From Nitrospiraceae bacterium (GTDB taxonomy: Bacteria; Nitrospirota; Thermodesulfovibrionia; Thermodesulfovibrionales; UBA6898): DNA of 64,000 bases. Shown one piece after another: positions 52,443 to 62,690 of the stretch; the first letter of the stretch is position 1, and each line of letters opens with the position of its first letter. The stretch spans positions 1,190,055-1,254,054 of the forward strand of contig CP070737.1 of the NCBI GenBank assembly GCA_020347665.1. Direction: 5' to 3'. The translations under genes and the position numbers were made by a program. The notes beneath the pieces are model-generated. The model was given only the letters and a program-made list of their open reading frames with translations, did no database searches and had not been told where the DNA came from.

Positions 52443-54956
52443 TTGGTGGAGTTGATATCTTTGACAGTAGATACCGTTATTAAGAATGATGTAATAAATG
52501 AAATGGGCATACTCCTGGAACAGGGGTACGGAGGCATATTCCTTGTTGAAAGATATGCAAAAAAGATAGACGCCTTTATTCAGCGCATGGCATCTTCCTT
52601 TGAAGAAGACCTCCCCTTCGTTATTATTGCAACGGGAGGATATGGGCGCGCTGAACTCGCGCCTTTCTCAGATATTGATATTATGCTTCTGGCAGAAGAC
52701 CGTGCTCATTCTGAAGCGGCTGAACAGCTGCTCTATAAACTCTGGGATACCGGGCTCACGATCAGCCATTCATTCAGAACGCCAGAAGAATGCATCGAGG
52801 AGGCTTTCCTTGATATAAAGACCCGCACATCCCTGCTTGAATCACGGTATATTGCAGGTGATAAGAGATTATACCGGAGCTTCAGGAATAACGTATATCC
52901 TGAAATTGCCTATAAGCGTCGCAAGGGTTATGTCAGGGAAAAACTCAGAGAAATGCAGGGACGACATCGGGACTCAGGGGATTCTGTATTTCTTCTTGAG
53001 CCGAATATAAAGGAGGGTGAAGGAAGCCTGCGAGATATTCATACTGCGTACTGGTTGTCCAAAATTGCCCTGAAGATAGAGGATGTGCGAGGGCTTTCAC
53101 AGTTGATCAACACATACGATTTCAGAAGACTCATGAGCGCTTATGATTTTCTGCTGCGAGCTCGATGTAGTCTTCATCTCATATCGAAGAGAAAAAATGA
53201 TTTGCTGTCTTTCGAATATCAAAGAAATGTTGCAACGATGCTTGATTTCAAGGATTCAAAGAAGTTCACGGCCACGGAACGATTTATGAGATATTATTAC
53301 CTTAAAAGCAAAGTGATACATGATGTCACTCGTAGCATCATGACTGCCTGCAGCCGGCCTTATATTTCCCCGTGGAAAGACATGAAAATCAGGAAGATAT
53401 CTTCTGATTTCTCCGTGTCAGGCGGCAGATTGATTGCAAATCAGGAAAACCTTTTCGCGAAACATCCGACAAAAATCATTGAAAGCTTTTATATGTATTC
53501 AAAAACGGGAAAACGCTTTAGTGAAAAGACGAAAGATATTATCAAAGCTAATCTGCTGCGAATCAGCAGAACAACGAGGTCCGATTCAGTTGCGACAGAT
53601 CATTTTCTAAGAATAATGAAGGGGAATCGTGTCTATGAAACTTTAAAAGAAATGCATGATGCCGGTATACTGGGGAGGTTTATCCCGGAGTTCGGAGCAC
53701 TGCGGATGCTGGTTGTTCATGAACCATATCATAGATACACGGTTGATGAGCATACGCTTCAGGCCATAAGAAATCTTGAAGCATTAAAAATGACACCATT
53801 GAAAAGCCTGGAGTACCTGAAAACTATTGCCAGGGGATTGAAACATTTTGACGTATTGCTGTTGGCCCTCTTATTTCATGATATTGGAAAGGCTGTTGGA
53901 AGGCATCATGAGGAGGAAGGATATAAACGGCTGAAAAATATCATGGACCGCTTTAACCTGGAGAAAAGGAAAAGAACACGAGTTGAATTTCTTGTTAAGA
54001 ATCATATTCTTATGTCGAAAATAGCGATGAAACGGGAGGCAAGTGACCCCAATGTTATTGCTCATTTTGCCGGTATCGTAACCGATATGGAAAATCTGCA
54101 GGCGCTCTATCTTATTACCCATGCGGACATGTCGGCTGTGAATGAAACATTTCTGAACTCCTGGAAGAAAAATCTGTTGAAGGATTTATATGAACGGACG
54201 GCAAAGTATCTTCTGGGAATAACGGAAGACAGAGAGCAGTATATCCGGAACCTGCATGACTCATTGCCCTCGACCGATGCACTGAGTATTTCTGATTTTA
54301 TAAGAGATATGCCAGAGAGGTATTTTGTTTCTGCGACGAAAGAGCAGGTATTAAAGGATTATCAGCTTACTGAAAAGATGAAAGAAACCGGTTTCATGAT
54401 GCGGATAGACAGCGTTAATGAGGGATTGACTGATATCACAGTTAGCACGAGAGACCTGCCAGGTCTTTTTTCCATGATTGTCGGATATCTCTCTTCGAAA
54501 GGACTGCATATTGTTACCGGCAGAGTATTTACGGGAAAGAGCGGTGCGATTATTGACCGGATATCTGTTTCTAACTGGAACGATGTGTGGTGGGCCGGTC
54601 AGGAAAAGGAAATTGAAGAAGGGCTGCGTAGAATTATTTTTGAACAGCATCCTGTTACGGTAGTGAGACGTGCGGCCGCTCCTGAAAGCATATTCGATAT
54701 TTTCATTGAACTTGATAACGAAGCTTCGGAAGAATACAGTATTATTGAGATTTTCAGCACGGATAGGCTCGGTCTGCTGTATGACATATCCACGGTCATA
54801 TCAAAATCAGGCGTTAATATCATATCTGCTATCATTAATACAGAGTCTAATTATGCGCAGGACGTGTTCTATGTCCAGACAGGAGCGGGGGAAAAAGTGG
54901 GCACTGTTATCGCGCAGACTCTATTGGCTGAACTATGGAACGTCCTAAAGGATTAA
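52443..54956 (+). CDS. glnD: [protein-PII] uridylyltransferase / uridylyl-removing enzyme
   Basis: GGYGRAELAPFSDIDIMLL nucleotidyltransferase motif, HD domain (LLFHDIGK) and two C-terminal ACT-like segments. TTG start in the track is uncertain. Confidence 0.85.
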   Translation: MVELISLTVDTVIKNDVINEMGILLEQGYGGIFLVERYAKKIDAFIQRMASSFEEDLPFVIIATGGYGRAELAPFSDIDIMLLAEDRAHSEAAEQLLYKLWDTGLTISHSFRTPEECIEEAFLDIKTRTSLLESRYIAGDKRLYRSFRNNVYPEIAYKRRKGYVREKLREMQGRHRDSGDSVFLLEPNIKEGEGSLRDIHTAYWLSKIALKIEDVRGLSQLINTYDFRRLMSAYDFLLRARCSLHLISKRKNDLLSFEYQRNVATMLDFKDSKKFTATERFMRYYYLKSKVIHDVTRSIMTACSRPYISPWKDMKIRKISSDFSVSGGRLIANQENLFAKHPTKIIESFYMYSKTGKRFSEKTKDIIKANLLRISRTTRSDSVATDHFLRIMKGNRVYETLKEMHDAGILGRFIPEFGALRMLVVHEPYHRYTVDEHTLQAIRNLEALKMTPLKSLEYLKTIARGLKHFDVLLLALLFHDIGKAVGRHHEEEGYKRLKNIMDRFNLEKRKRTRVEFLVKNHILMSKIAMKREASDPNVIAHFAGIVTDMENLQALYLITHADMSAVNETFLNSWKKNLLKDLYERTAKYLLGITEDREQYIRNLHDSLPSTDALSISDFIRDMPERYFVSATKEQVLKDYQLTEKMKETGFMMRIDSVNEGLTDITVSTRDLPGLFSMIVGYLSSKGLHIVTGRVFTGKSGAIIDRISVSNWNDVWWAGQEKEIEEGLRRIIFEQHPVTVVRRAAAPESIFDIFIELDNEASEEYSIIEIFSTDRLGLLYDISTVISKSGVNIISAIINTESNYAQDVFYVQTGAGEKVGTVIAQTLLAELWNVLKD

Positions 54957-57900
54957 GAAAACTCTTTCTGCTTCTTCTGCCGGCAGTTCTTCTGCTGTCT
55001 GTAATTATTTTTGTGAGAAGCGCATATATATCGGATAGCCTCAATAAAATCATAATACCCCCGATGGAGGCCGTTACAGGAAAACAGATTGTTGCCGAGA
55101 GAATCGTTTTAAATATTTTTCCCCTGTTTATTGAGGCACGGGATCTTACAGTTTTGAACGAGAATCGAAAACAGATACTTTTTATACAGCGCGCAAAGGC
55201 GTATGTCAACATATTGAGTCTGTTAGAAAGAAAGATAGCTATTCGCAGACTGGTCATAAAGAATCCTGAAGCAATGGCGGATAAAGAACAGGTGAATGAA
55301 ATAATTGGTCATATAAACACGTATGGAACCGGGAACGAAGACAAGGGATTTGCGCCTTCAATCGATGTCATTGAGGTACGTGAGGGAAGACTGCATTATT
55401 CTGACCGTGACGCTGAAGGCGAATACACCGTATCAGGCATTCATGGTGAGATAATTATCAGTGATGCTTATGCAATCAAAGTAAATGCGCAAGAGATCAA
55501 CATTGCGAAGAAAGGCTGGCCTGACCTGCTCTTCGACATAAGCGCTGATATTTCAGGTAAAAAGGATTCGTTTGAAGTTAAACGGTTTTTGCTCAATACG
55601 TTTGGCTCACAGATTCGCGGATCAGGCACTTATCGCGACGGATCCGGTACGTTCAAGACAGACATAAACCTCCTGGTCTCAACGGTCAAACGACTCTTTC
55701 AACTTGATGAGAGTGAATATGGACAGGTAAATGCCAGTGGATCTATGACCTATACTGGCAAGAACGTCCTGCTTGATCTTGAACTGGAAAGTTCATTTTA
55801 TCTGCAGACATTAATGGAATTGCTCGAAGTTGAGGAGCGGACCGAAGGTTTGGTAAGAACAAAGGGGCGGATTCAGGGGCCACTCACAAGGATTACCGGG
55901 AATGGGACAGCAACGCTTGAAAACGGCAACCTTTTTGATGTCGATATAGATTCTCTTGCCTGCACTGTTGACTATGATGAAACGGCGTTAAGATTTACCA
56001 GCTGTCTGGCACGTCTCTATCAGGGCTCTGCAGAAGTATCAGCATCCTTACGTATGCCGGAAGTTGAATCATTCGCCCTTGCGATAGCTTTTCAGGAGGT
56101 CAATAGTGATCCACTGTTCGGGTTGATTGATCTTGATCTCGGTCTGCGGAATGGAAAGGTCTCTGGCACCGTGTACAGCAGAGGAGAGGAGTTTAATCCC
56201 TCCGGGCAGTTTACGTATGTACATGGGGCGGAGGATGCCGATGTTATGGGAAGAATAGAGCGGCTTTCGGGAACCTATGCGCTGGATGGCTTTCTGTTAT
56301 CCCTGGATGATATCATGTTCAGCTCAGGGCTGTCCGATCTGACAGTAGAAGGCCGTGTGGATATTGACAGCGAAACCATTGATCTCGAAGGAAGTTTAGT
56401 CACGAAAGATGTTGGAGATCTGAGTTCACCGTATTATAGATCTCTTCGCGGCGAAGGAAAATTTGACGGCTTCATAACAGGGACTTTTGATGATCCGCTC
56501 ATTCACGGAAGTCTCAGGATTAAGGAACCCGCTCTTGGAGCATATGACGCAGACCATGTTGTTGCTGATATTTCTTACCGTAAAAAAGAGCTTTCCATAC
56601 ATGAACTTATTGTAAATGATAACGAACGAAGTCATTCCCTGAAGGGGAATATATATTTCAGGGATGCAGAGGAATTATTTGATCTGGGAAAACCGACGTT
56701 TGAAATACAGGTAAGACTCGATCATGCTGATTGCGGGAAATTCCTTAATTCATTATATCCGGGATTTTTGTGTTCCGGAGAGCTTATATCAGGTTTCCAG
56801 GTTTATGGTCCTCTTGATAATCCACTCATCAGCGGAAAAGCTACTGTTGAGAAAGCGTCACTGTATTCTTTTCCCGTTGATTCTGCGGCTGTTGTTTTCA
56901 GATATTCTGATCAGACATTGCATATGAAAACAATATCAATTACCCGGGGGATGTCCATGCTTTCCGGGGCAGCCACTATTGATGATAGCGGTACCTTTTC
57001 ATATAGGGCTCATTCGGACGGGATGATGCTTAGTCATCTTGTTGACAGAACGATTCAGGGCGATATTCTTTTTTCTCTGCATTCTGAGGGTCATGGAACG
57101 ATTGATAATCCGGTTGTATCAACAGCTATTACAGTTATCAGGGGATCGCTCAATGAAAAACCGGTTGGGAAAGGAAATGCGCAGCTGAAGATTGAGGGTA
57201 AATCCTTCTCATTACGGGGAGCATTGTTTGACGAAAGATTGAAGCTCGATGCTACTGGCAGAATCGATGACGCAATGCCATGGAATGCAAAGATTAATAT
57301 TCTTCCGGGCAGGTATGACTTCCTGGCATCAACTTTATTGAAGGAAATTCCTGAAGATCTCATATTAAGTCTGAAAGGAGATCTGCAGCTCAGCGGGAAC
57401 AGGGATCATATATCCGGAGAAGCATTGTTAACGAATATCGTGCTTTCCATGTATGGACACAGTTTTTCAAGCGAGGATACAATAGAGCTTCGCATTGATA
57501 ACAAAAAACTTGATCTGGGAACCATTGCCTTACGCAGTGGAAATACGTTTATCAGAGTTACAGGGGATCTTTTGATTGGAGAAAACTATAATCTCGTTTT
57601 GGAAGGAAATTCAGCGCTTGCCCCTTTCAAAAGTCTCTCAGACAAAATCGATTCATTAAAGGGAGATGCTGAGTATGTTTTTTCGATTGTCGGTGAATGG
57701 ACATCTCCCCGTATAAACGGTGGATTAACCGTATCGAATGGCACGTTCGGACTGAAAGACTATTATCGCAGAATCAGTTCTCTCGAAGGATTTCTTTACG
57801 TAGATGAAGACAGGGTCGTCCTTAAGGAACTGTCCGGAAAAGTGGGTGGGGGAACAGTGGATATATCGGGAATCCTTTACCTCAGAGAATTTACAGTGAG

Positions 57901-58861
57901 GCGGTTTTTTGTTGAAATGAACCTGGATAAAATAGCTGTGTCGATGTCGGATAAATTTAACGTGAATTTTGATGGCGATATACTTTATAAAGGAACTGTT
58001 GAAGAGCAGATAGTATCAGGTGACATAACGATAAATCGGATTATTTATAAGGAAAGAATTGATTGGAAAAGCTGGCTTCTGGAGGCACAAAAGACCGATA
58101 AGATTAAAACCGATATTTCGGATTTTGAAAAAGCAGAACTAAATGTGGCAGTTCATGGAGACGACAGTATATTGATTGATAATAATATTGCTCGAGCAAC
58201 AGTGAGTGCGGACCTGGTGCTGAAAGGAAGACTGTATCGACCGACTCTTCTGGGAAGGATTGAGGCGAGTGAAGGCACTGTCTATTTCAGAAACAACAAC
58301 TTCAGAATTATCCGTGCAAGCGCCGATTTTGCCGATCCTGTTCGGATCAATCCTATTATGGATATTGCCTCAGAAGCAATGATAAGCGGTTACAGGATCA
58401 AGATGAATCTGGAAGGTCAGGCTGATCAGTTTGATCTTGTTTTGTCGTCGGATCCCCCTCTAAAAGAGCTGGATATACTGGCTCTTCTTACTACAGGAAA
58501 GACCGGGGAGGAACTAGAAGGACTCGAGGTTGTTGTCGGGGCAGGTGAAGCAACCTCGTTTGTTACCGGTAAAATTCAGGATGTGCTAGAAGAGCGGTTA
58601 AGTACCCTTACAGGACTTGACAGACTGCACGTTGATCCCTATGTTTCGAAAGAAACAGGCGCCATAGAGCCGAGGGTTACGGTCGGGAAAAGACTTCTTG
58701 GAGAAAAAGTATTTGTGACGTATACCACAACTCTTGGTTCAGCGGTTGAGCAGATGATAAGGCTCGAATATTTACTAAGTAAGAATATTACGTTATTGGG
58801 TGTCACAGATGAAAGAGGTGGTATCGGAGGAGACATACGTTTGAGGTTCGGATTTAAGTGA
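54935..58861 (+). CDS. tamB: translocation and assembly module protein TamB (AsmA-like, C-terminal DUF490)
   Basis: N-terminal signal anchor, a 1300-aa beta-rich body and a characteristic tail ..VTYTTTLG....IRLEYLLSKNITL.G..DERG..GGDIRLRFGF. Confidence 0.75.
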   Translation: MERPKGLRKLFLLLLPAVLLLSVIIFVRSAYISDSLNKIIIPPMEAVTGKQIVAERIVLNIFPLFIEARDLTVLNENRKQILFIQRAKAYVNILSLLERKIAIRRLVIKNPEAMADKEQVNEIIGHINTYGTGNEDKGFAPSIDVIEVREGRLHYSDRDAEGEYTVSGIHGEIIISDAYAIKVNAQEINIAKKGWPDLLFDISADISGKKDSFEVKRFLLNTFGSQIRGSGTYRDGSGTFKTDINLLVSTVKRLFQLDESEYGQVNASGSMTYTGKNVLLDLELESSFYLQTLMELLEVEERTEGLVRTKGRIQGPLTRITGNGTATLENGNLFDVDIDSLACTVDYDETALRFTSCLARLYQGSAEVSASLRMPEVESFALAIAFQEVNSDPLFGLIDLDLGLRNGKVSGTVYSRGEEFNPSGQFTYVHGAEDADVMGRIERLSGTYALDGFLLSLDDIMFSSGLSDLTVEGRVDIDSETIDLEGSLVTKDVGDLSSPYYRSLRGEGKFDGFITGTFDDPLIHGSLRIKEPALGAYDADHVVADISYRKKELSIHELIVNDNERSHSLKGNIYFRDAEELFDLGKPTFEIQVRLDHADCGKFLNSLYPGFLCSGELISGFQVYGPLDNPLISGKATVEKASLYSFPVDSAAVVFRYSDQTLHMKTISITRGMSMLSGAATIDDSGTFSYRAHSDGMMLSHLVDRTIQGDILFSLHSEGHGTIDNPVVSTAITVIRGSLNEKPVGKGNAQLKIEGKSFSLRGALFDERLKLDATGRIDDAMPWNAKINILPGRYDFLASTLLKEIPEDLILSLKGDLQLSGNRDHISGEALLTNIVLSMYGHSFSSEDTIELRIDNKKLDLGTIALRSGNTFIRVTGDLLIGENYNLVLEGNSALAPFKSLSDKIDSLKGDAEYVFSIVGEWTSPRINGGLTVSNGTFGLKDYYRRISSLEGFLYVDEDRVVLKELSGKVGGGTVDISGILYLREFTVRRFFVEMNLDKIAVSMSDKFNVNFDGDILYKGTVEEQIVSGDITINRIIYKERIDWKSWLLEAQKTDKIKTDISDFEKAELNVAVHGDDSILIDNNIARATVSADLVLKGRLYRPTLLGRIEASEGTVYFRNNNFRIIRASADFADPVRINPIMDIASEAMISGYRIKMNLEGQADQFDLVLSSDPPLKELDILALLTTGKTGEELEGLEVVVGAGEATSFVTGKIQDVLEERLSTLTGLDRLHVDPYVSKETGAIEPRVTVGKRLLGEKVFVTYTTTLGSAVEQMIRLEYLLSKNITLLGVTDERGGIGGDIRLRFGFK

Positions 58862-61530
58862 GCAGACTGCTGAATCTCTTTATCGCGATATTATGTACCG
58901 TTTTATTCCTGAGTTTTCCGTGCGATGCAGCGGTTGTCGGAACGATAGACATCAGGGGGCTTTATTCTCTTGAGCGTCATGAATTTCTCACAATTTTTGG
59001 TATACAGGAAGGAAGCATCATAGATGAAGTGTTCGTAAGAGCCGGCATAAAAAGGGCTTTTTTGAAGGGAATTTTTAACGATATTGCTGTTGAGGTTTCT
59101 GGCGACGATAGTGCTGCTGTGAGCATCAAAGTCATTGAAAAAGATTTTATCGAGCGCATAAGAGTTGAAGGTGCCAGCGATTTTTCTGACAGGACGATCA
59201 AATCACTTTTTGCTTTAAAGGAGGCAGAGATAATGCGATATGATCTGATTGATACAGCGGTTGAAGATCTAAAAGATAAAATTATATTCCGTGGATATCC
59301 TGACGCTGCTGTATCGATAGATGTCGGAAAAACCGGCCACCCCCACCGGGTAAATCTGCTGTTGCGGGTTACAACCGGCAGGCCTCATATTATAAAGAAA
59401 ATAGTGATTTCCGGTTCTGATATTGAGATTGCAAATGAAATGAAACTTTCGGAAGGTGACGTTTATGATCAAGAAATACTCAAGGATGATTTTATAAAAA
59501 TAAAAGAATATCTGTTAGAAGCGGGATACTTTCGCCCCTCAGTCGGTCCTTATTCTTTCGCAGACGGGATATTGAACATCATGGTGAAGCCGGGAAAACA
59601 GTTAAAAATGAACATTACTGGCAATGAGGCTATATCAACAAAAAACCTTTTGAAGGAAGCGCCTTTTTTTGAACTTCAGGAGTTCGACGTTGATGCTGTT
59701 GATGAAGCAGTCAGCAGAATGATTGCTCGATATCATGAAAGAGGATATCCGTTTGCTCAGATAGCTCCAGTAGTCGCCCCTGATGATCATAGTATTACGG
59801 TTTCGTTTTTTATTTTTGAAGGCGAACAGATAACAGTACATTCTCTTGCATTTGATGGGGTAACACTTCCTCACGAAAGATTAAGAAACGTGCTGTTACT
59901 GAGAGAAGGAACGGTGTATAACCCTGACCTGTTAAGCAAAGACCAGGAGGCATTAACAGAATTTTATGGGGCTTTGGGGTATCTTGCAGTGGTCATAAAA
60001 GAGTTTCAGGTAGATATTGATAAAGGGCGCAATAAAGCTGATATTGTTGTTTCGGTTGAAGAGGGAGAAAAAACAGAGATCGGGACAATAGACATAGAGG
60101 GAGTTGACGAGGATACAGAAATTGTCCTTTCAACGCATTTGGGCTTACATACAGGAGATCCCTATAATGAGGTTGATATTTTTGACGCCCGATTCAAGAT
60201 CATTGATTACTACCGCAACATAGGATTTACAAACATCGATGTAAGCGTTCAACGAACCATAGACGGGCATAAGGCTCATCTTGTTTTTACTGTAAAAGAG
60301 GGAGAGAAAAAAGTTTTCGGCAAAACAGTCATCACCGGCAATAAAAAGACAAAGTATGAAGTAATTCAGAGGGAGCTTCTGCATGAAGCAGGACAACCCT
60401 ATAGTTCCAGGACTCTTGCGGCTGAGAGACAGCGGCTCTATAAATTGGGTCTGTTTAGGGATGTGAATATCGAACCGATTAAGGGCGAAGATGATCAGAA
60501 CGATATTCTTGTCGAGGTGCAGGAAGGAGATGCGGGATACATAGAATTTGCTATAGGCTATGCGGAATATGAACGCCTGCGGGGTGCCGTTGAGGTGGGC
60601 TATAGAAATCTCTGGGGAATGAACAGACTGGGTTCCGTTAGAACTGAACTCAGCACCCTCGAGGAGAGATATATTGTACAGTTCCGTGAGCCATGGTTTC
60701 TGGGGACCGAGCTGCCTCTCAGGGCCTTCTTCCTTTTTGAGGATACAGAGGTGATCGATATTGATAATAGGAATACGCGGTACCGGCTTGAACGATATAC
60801 GGTCAGCGCGGGTGTAGAAAAAGCATTAACACGGAGCGTAAAGGCAGCGCTCTATTATGAATTTTCTCGCGTCAAGACATCTGATGTTCAGCCTGACATT
60901 GTATTAAGCAAGGAAGACGTTGGAACTCTTGCGATAAGCGGTCTTAAACCGTCGATTGTTTATGATACACGGGACAATCCTGTTGATCCGAGAAAAGGGG
61001 TTCTCGCGGACATTTCTTTCAAGATTACACCTGATGTACTGTTTTCTGAATCAAACTTTATAAAAATAAGAGTTTCCGGAAGCATTTATCGTGCACTGCA
61101 TAAGCGAATTACGCTGGCTCTGGCAGCATTTGGAGGTCTTGCATATGGGTTTGATGACACTGATGAGTTGCCGCTTGTTGAACGGTTTTTTCTCGGCGGC
61201 AGGTCCTCGGTAAGGGGATACAACGAGGACGAGCTTGGTCCCCTGGGAACGGAGGGCGATCCAACGGGCGGCAATGCCTTTCTTAGGAGTAATATAGAAC
61301 TGAGGACCGCGGTAACGCGCAACATCGGACTGGTTACATTTTTAGACATGGGAAATGTCTGGATAGAAACCAGTGATCTGGATCCGACTGATCTGAAGTA
61401 TACGACTGGTATCGGCTTAAGATACAATACACCTGTTGGTCCGCTCAGGATGGATTATGGAATTAAACTGGATAGGGAGCCTTCAGAGAGTAGAAGTGAA
61501 TTTCACTTCAGTATCGGACATATGTTCTAA
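58858..61530 (+). CDS. bamA: outer membrane protein assembly factor BamA (POTRA repeats plus 16-strand barrel)
   Basis: Repeated POTRA pattern (I..I.I.G......I), barrel motifs FFLGG..SVRGY and a terminal ..FHFSIGHMF. GTG start overlaps the tamB stop (GTGA). Confidence 0.88.
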   Translation: MSRLLNLFIAILCTVLFLSFPCDAAVVGTIDIRGLYSLERHEFLTIFGIQEGSIIDEVFVRAGIKRAFLKGIFNDIAVEVSGDDSAAVSIKVIEKDFIERIRVEGASDFSDRTIKSLFALKEAEIMRYDLIDTAVEDLKDKIIFRGYPDAAVSIDVGKTGHPHRVNLLLRVTTGRPHIIKKIVISGSDIEIANEMKLSEGDVYDQEILKDDFIKIKEYLLEAGYFRPSVGPYSFADGILNIMVKPGKQLKMNITGNEAISTKNLLKEAPFFELQEFDVDAVDEAVSRMIARYHERGYPFAQIAPVVAPDDHSITVSFFIFEGEQITVHSLAFDGVTLPHERLRNVLLLREGTVYNPDLLSKDQEALTEFYGALGYLAVVIKEFQVDIDKGRNKADIVVSVEEGEKTEIGTIDIEGVDEDTEIVLSTHLGLHTGDPYNEVDIFDARFKIIDYYRNIGFTNIDVSVQRTIDGHKAHLVFTVKEGEKKVFGKTVITGNKKTKYEVIQRELLHEAGQPYSSRTLAAERQRLYKLGLFRDVNIEPIKGEDDQNDILVEVQEGDAGYIEFAIGYAEYERLRGAVEVGYRNLWGMNRLGSVRTELSTLEERYIVQFREPWFLGTELPLRAFFLFEDTEVIDIDNRNTRYRLERYTVSAGVEKALTRSVKAALYYEFSRVKTSDVQPDIVLSKEDVGTLAISGLKPSIVYDTRDNPVDPRKGVLADISFKITPDVLFSESNFIKIRVSGSIYRALHKRITLALAAFGGLAYGFDDTDELPLVERFFLGGRSSVRGYNEDELGPLGTEGDPTGGNAFLRSNIELRTAVTRNIGLVTFLDMGNVWIETSDLDPTDLKYTTGIGLRYNTPVGPLRMDYGIKLDREPSESRSEFHFSIGHMF

Positions 61531-61567
61531 AAAGGAGGAAGCAATAGCAAAAAAACAAGGTAAAAAA

Positions 61568-62098
61568 ATGCAGTTCAAAGATCAAATAGAAAATTACAAA
61601 AGGCTTCTTACTACCTGGCTTTCGCTATTCACTATTCACTATTTACTATTCACCGCATATGCATATGTTGACCGGGTTGTTGCTTTTGTGGATGATGAAG
61701 CTATTACACTGAGCGAGCTTGATCAGAGGTTCAAAGATATTCAACAGTTATCTCCTGACAGCAAGAAAGAACAGGTGCTGGATTCCCTGATAAACAGAAA
61801 GATACTATTGCGGGAGGCACGAAAATACCGGATCGAGGCACCGACAGAGGATGAGGTTATTAATGAATATATAGATTTAAAAATACGGGCATATATACGA
61901 GTTCTGGAATCTGATATTGAAACTTTTTACAGAGACAACGTCGATCAGTTCTCCGGTAAAAGACTTGTAGATGTCAGGGATGACATCGAAACATACTTGG
62001 CTGAAAAGGAAGTCAACGAAAGGCTCAGCAGCGAGCTTGTAAAACTGCGGGAGGGCTCGTATATAAAGATTCAGCTTCATGCTGATGAGAATCAATGA
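61568..62098 (+). CDS. SurA N-terminal-domain-like periplasmic chaperone (no PPIase domain)
   Basis: Signal anchor, then [19 protein letters not shown]...[17 protein letters not shown] 61568 chosen because the track start at 61436 overlaps bamA. Confidence 0.5.
   Translation: MQFKDQIENYKRLLTTWLSLFTIHYLLFTAYAYVDRVVAFVDDEAITLSELDQRFKDIQQLSPDSKKEQVLDSLINRKILLREARKYRIEAPTEDEVINEYIDLKIRAYIRVLESDIETFYRDNVDQFSGKRLVDVRDDIETYLAEKEVNERLSSELVKLREGSYIKIQLHADENQ
61626..61653 (+). repeat. four tandem heptamers TATTCAC (third copy TATTTAC) inside the SurA-like signal-anchor coding region
   Basis: Read directly: tattcac tattcac tatttac tattcac. Confidence 0.85.
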
Positions 62099-62114
62099 GA
62101 CGGAGAGGAGGGAT

Positions 62115-62663
62115 ATGCCAAAAAACGACCGGTGGATAAAAAAGATGGCCCACAAGGGAATGATCGAACCTTTTCATGAAGAGCAGGTAAGAAAAGGGGT
62201 CATATCGTATGGGGTCAGCTCCTATGGCTATGATTTAAGACTTCATGATGAATTCAAGCTGCTTCGACAGGAAAAGGGGAGCGTGCTTGATCCAAAAAAT
62301 TTCAATGAAGAAAGCTTTGAGGATGTCAAAGGGACTACCTGTGAAGTCCCTGCGAATTCCTTTGTGATCTGCCGCTCACTTGAGTATTTCAGGATACCGC
62401 GTGATGTGCTTGTTGTCTGTTTTGGGAAATCAACCTATGCCCGAAGCGGCATTATCGTAAATGTCACACCACTGGAACCTGAATGGGAAGGGTTCATAAC
62501 CATGTCTGTTTCGAACACCTCGCCCTGTACGGTCAGATTATATGCGAACGAGGGTATCGCGCAGATAGTCTTTCTCCAGGCTTCAGAACTGTGCAAAATA
62601 TCCTATGCAGATAAAAAGGGCAAGTATCAGGCACAGAAGGGTATCGTCTTACCAAAGATATAA
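62115..62663 (+). CDS. dcd: dCTP deaminase
   Basis: DRWI...[14 protein letters not shown] and [20 protein letters not shown] motifs. GGAGGG Shine-Dalgarno before ATG 62115. Confidence 0.9.
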   Translation: MPKNDRWIKKMAHKGMIEPFHEEQVRKGVISYGVSSYGYDLRLHDEFKLLRQEKGSVLDPKNFNEESFEDVKGTTCEVPANSFVICRSLEYFRIPRDVLVVCFGKSTYARSGIIVNVTPLEPEWEGFITMSVSNTSPCTVRLYANEGIAQIVFLQASELCKISYADKKGKYQAQKGIVLPKI

Positions 62664-62690
62664 ATTGATCGTGAAATTTATTGCTGATTT

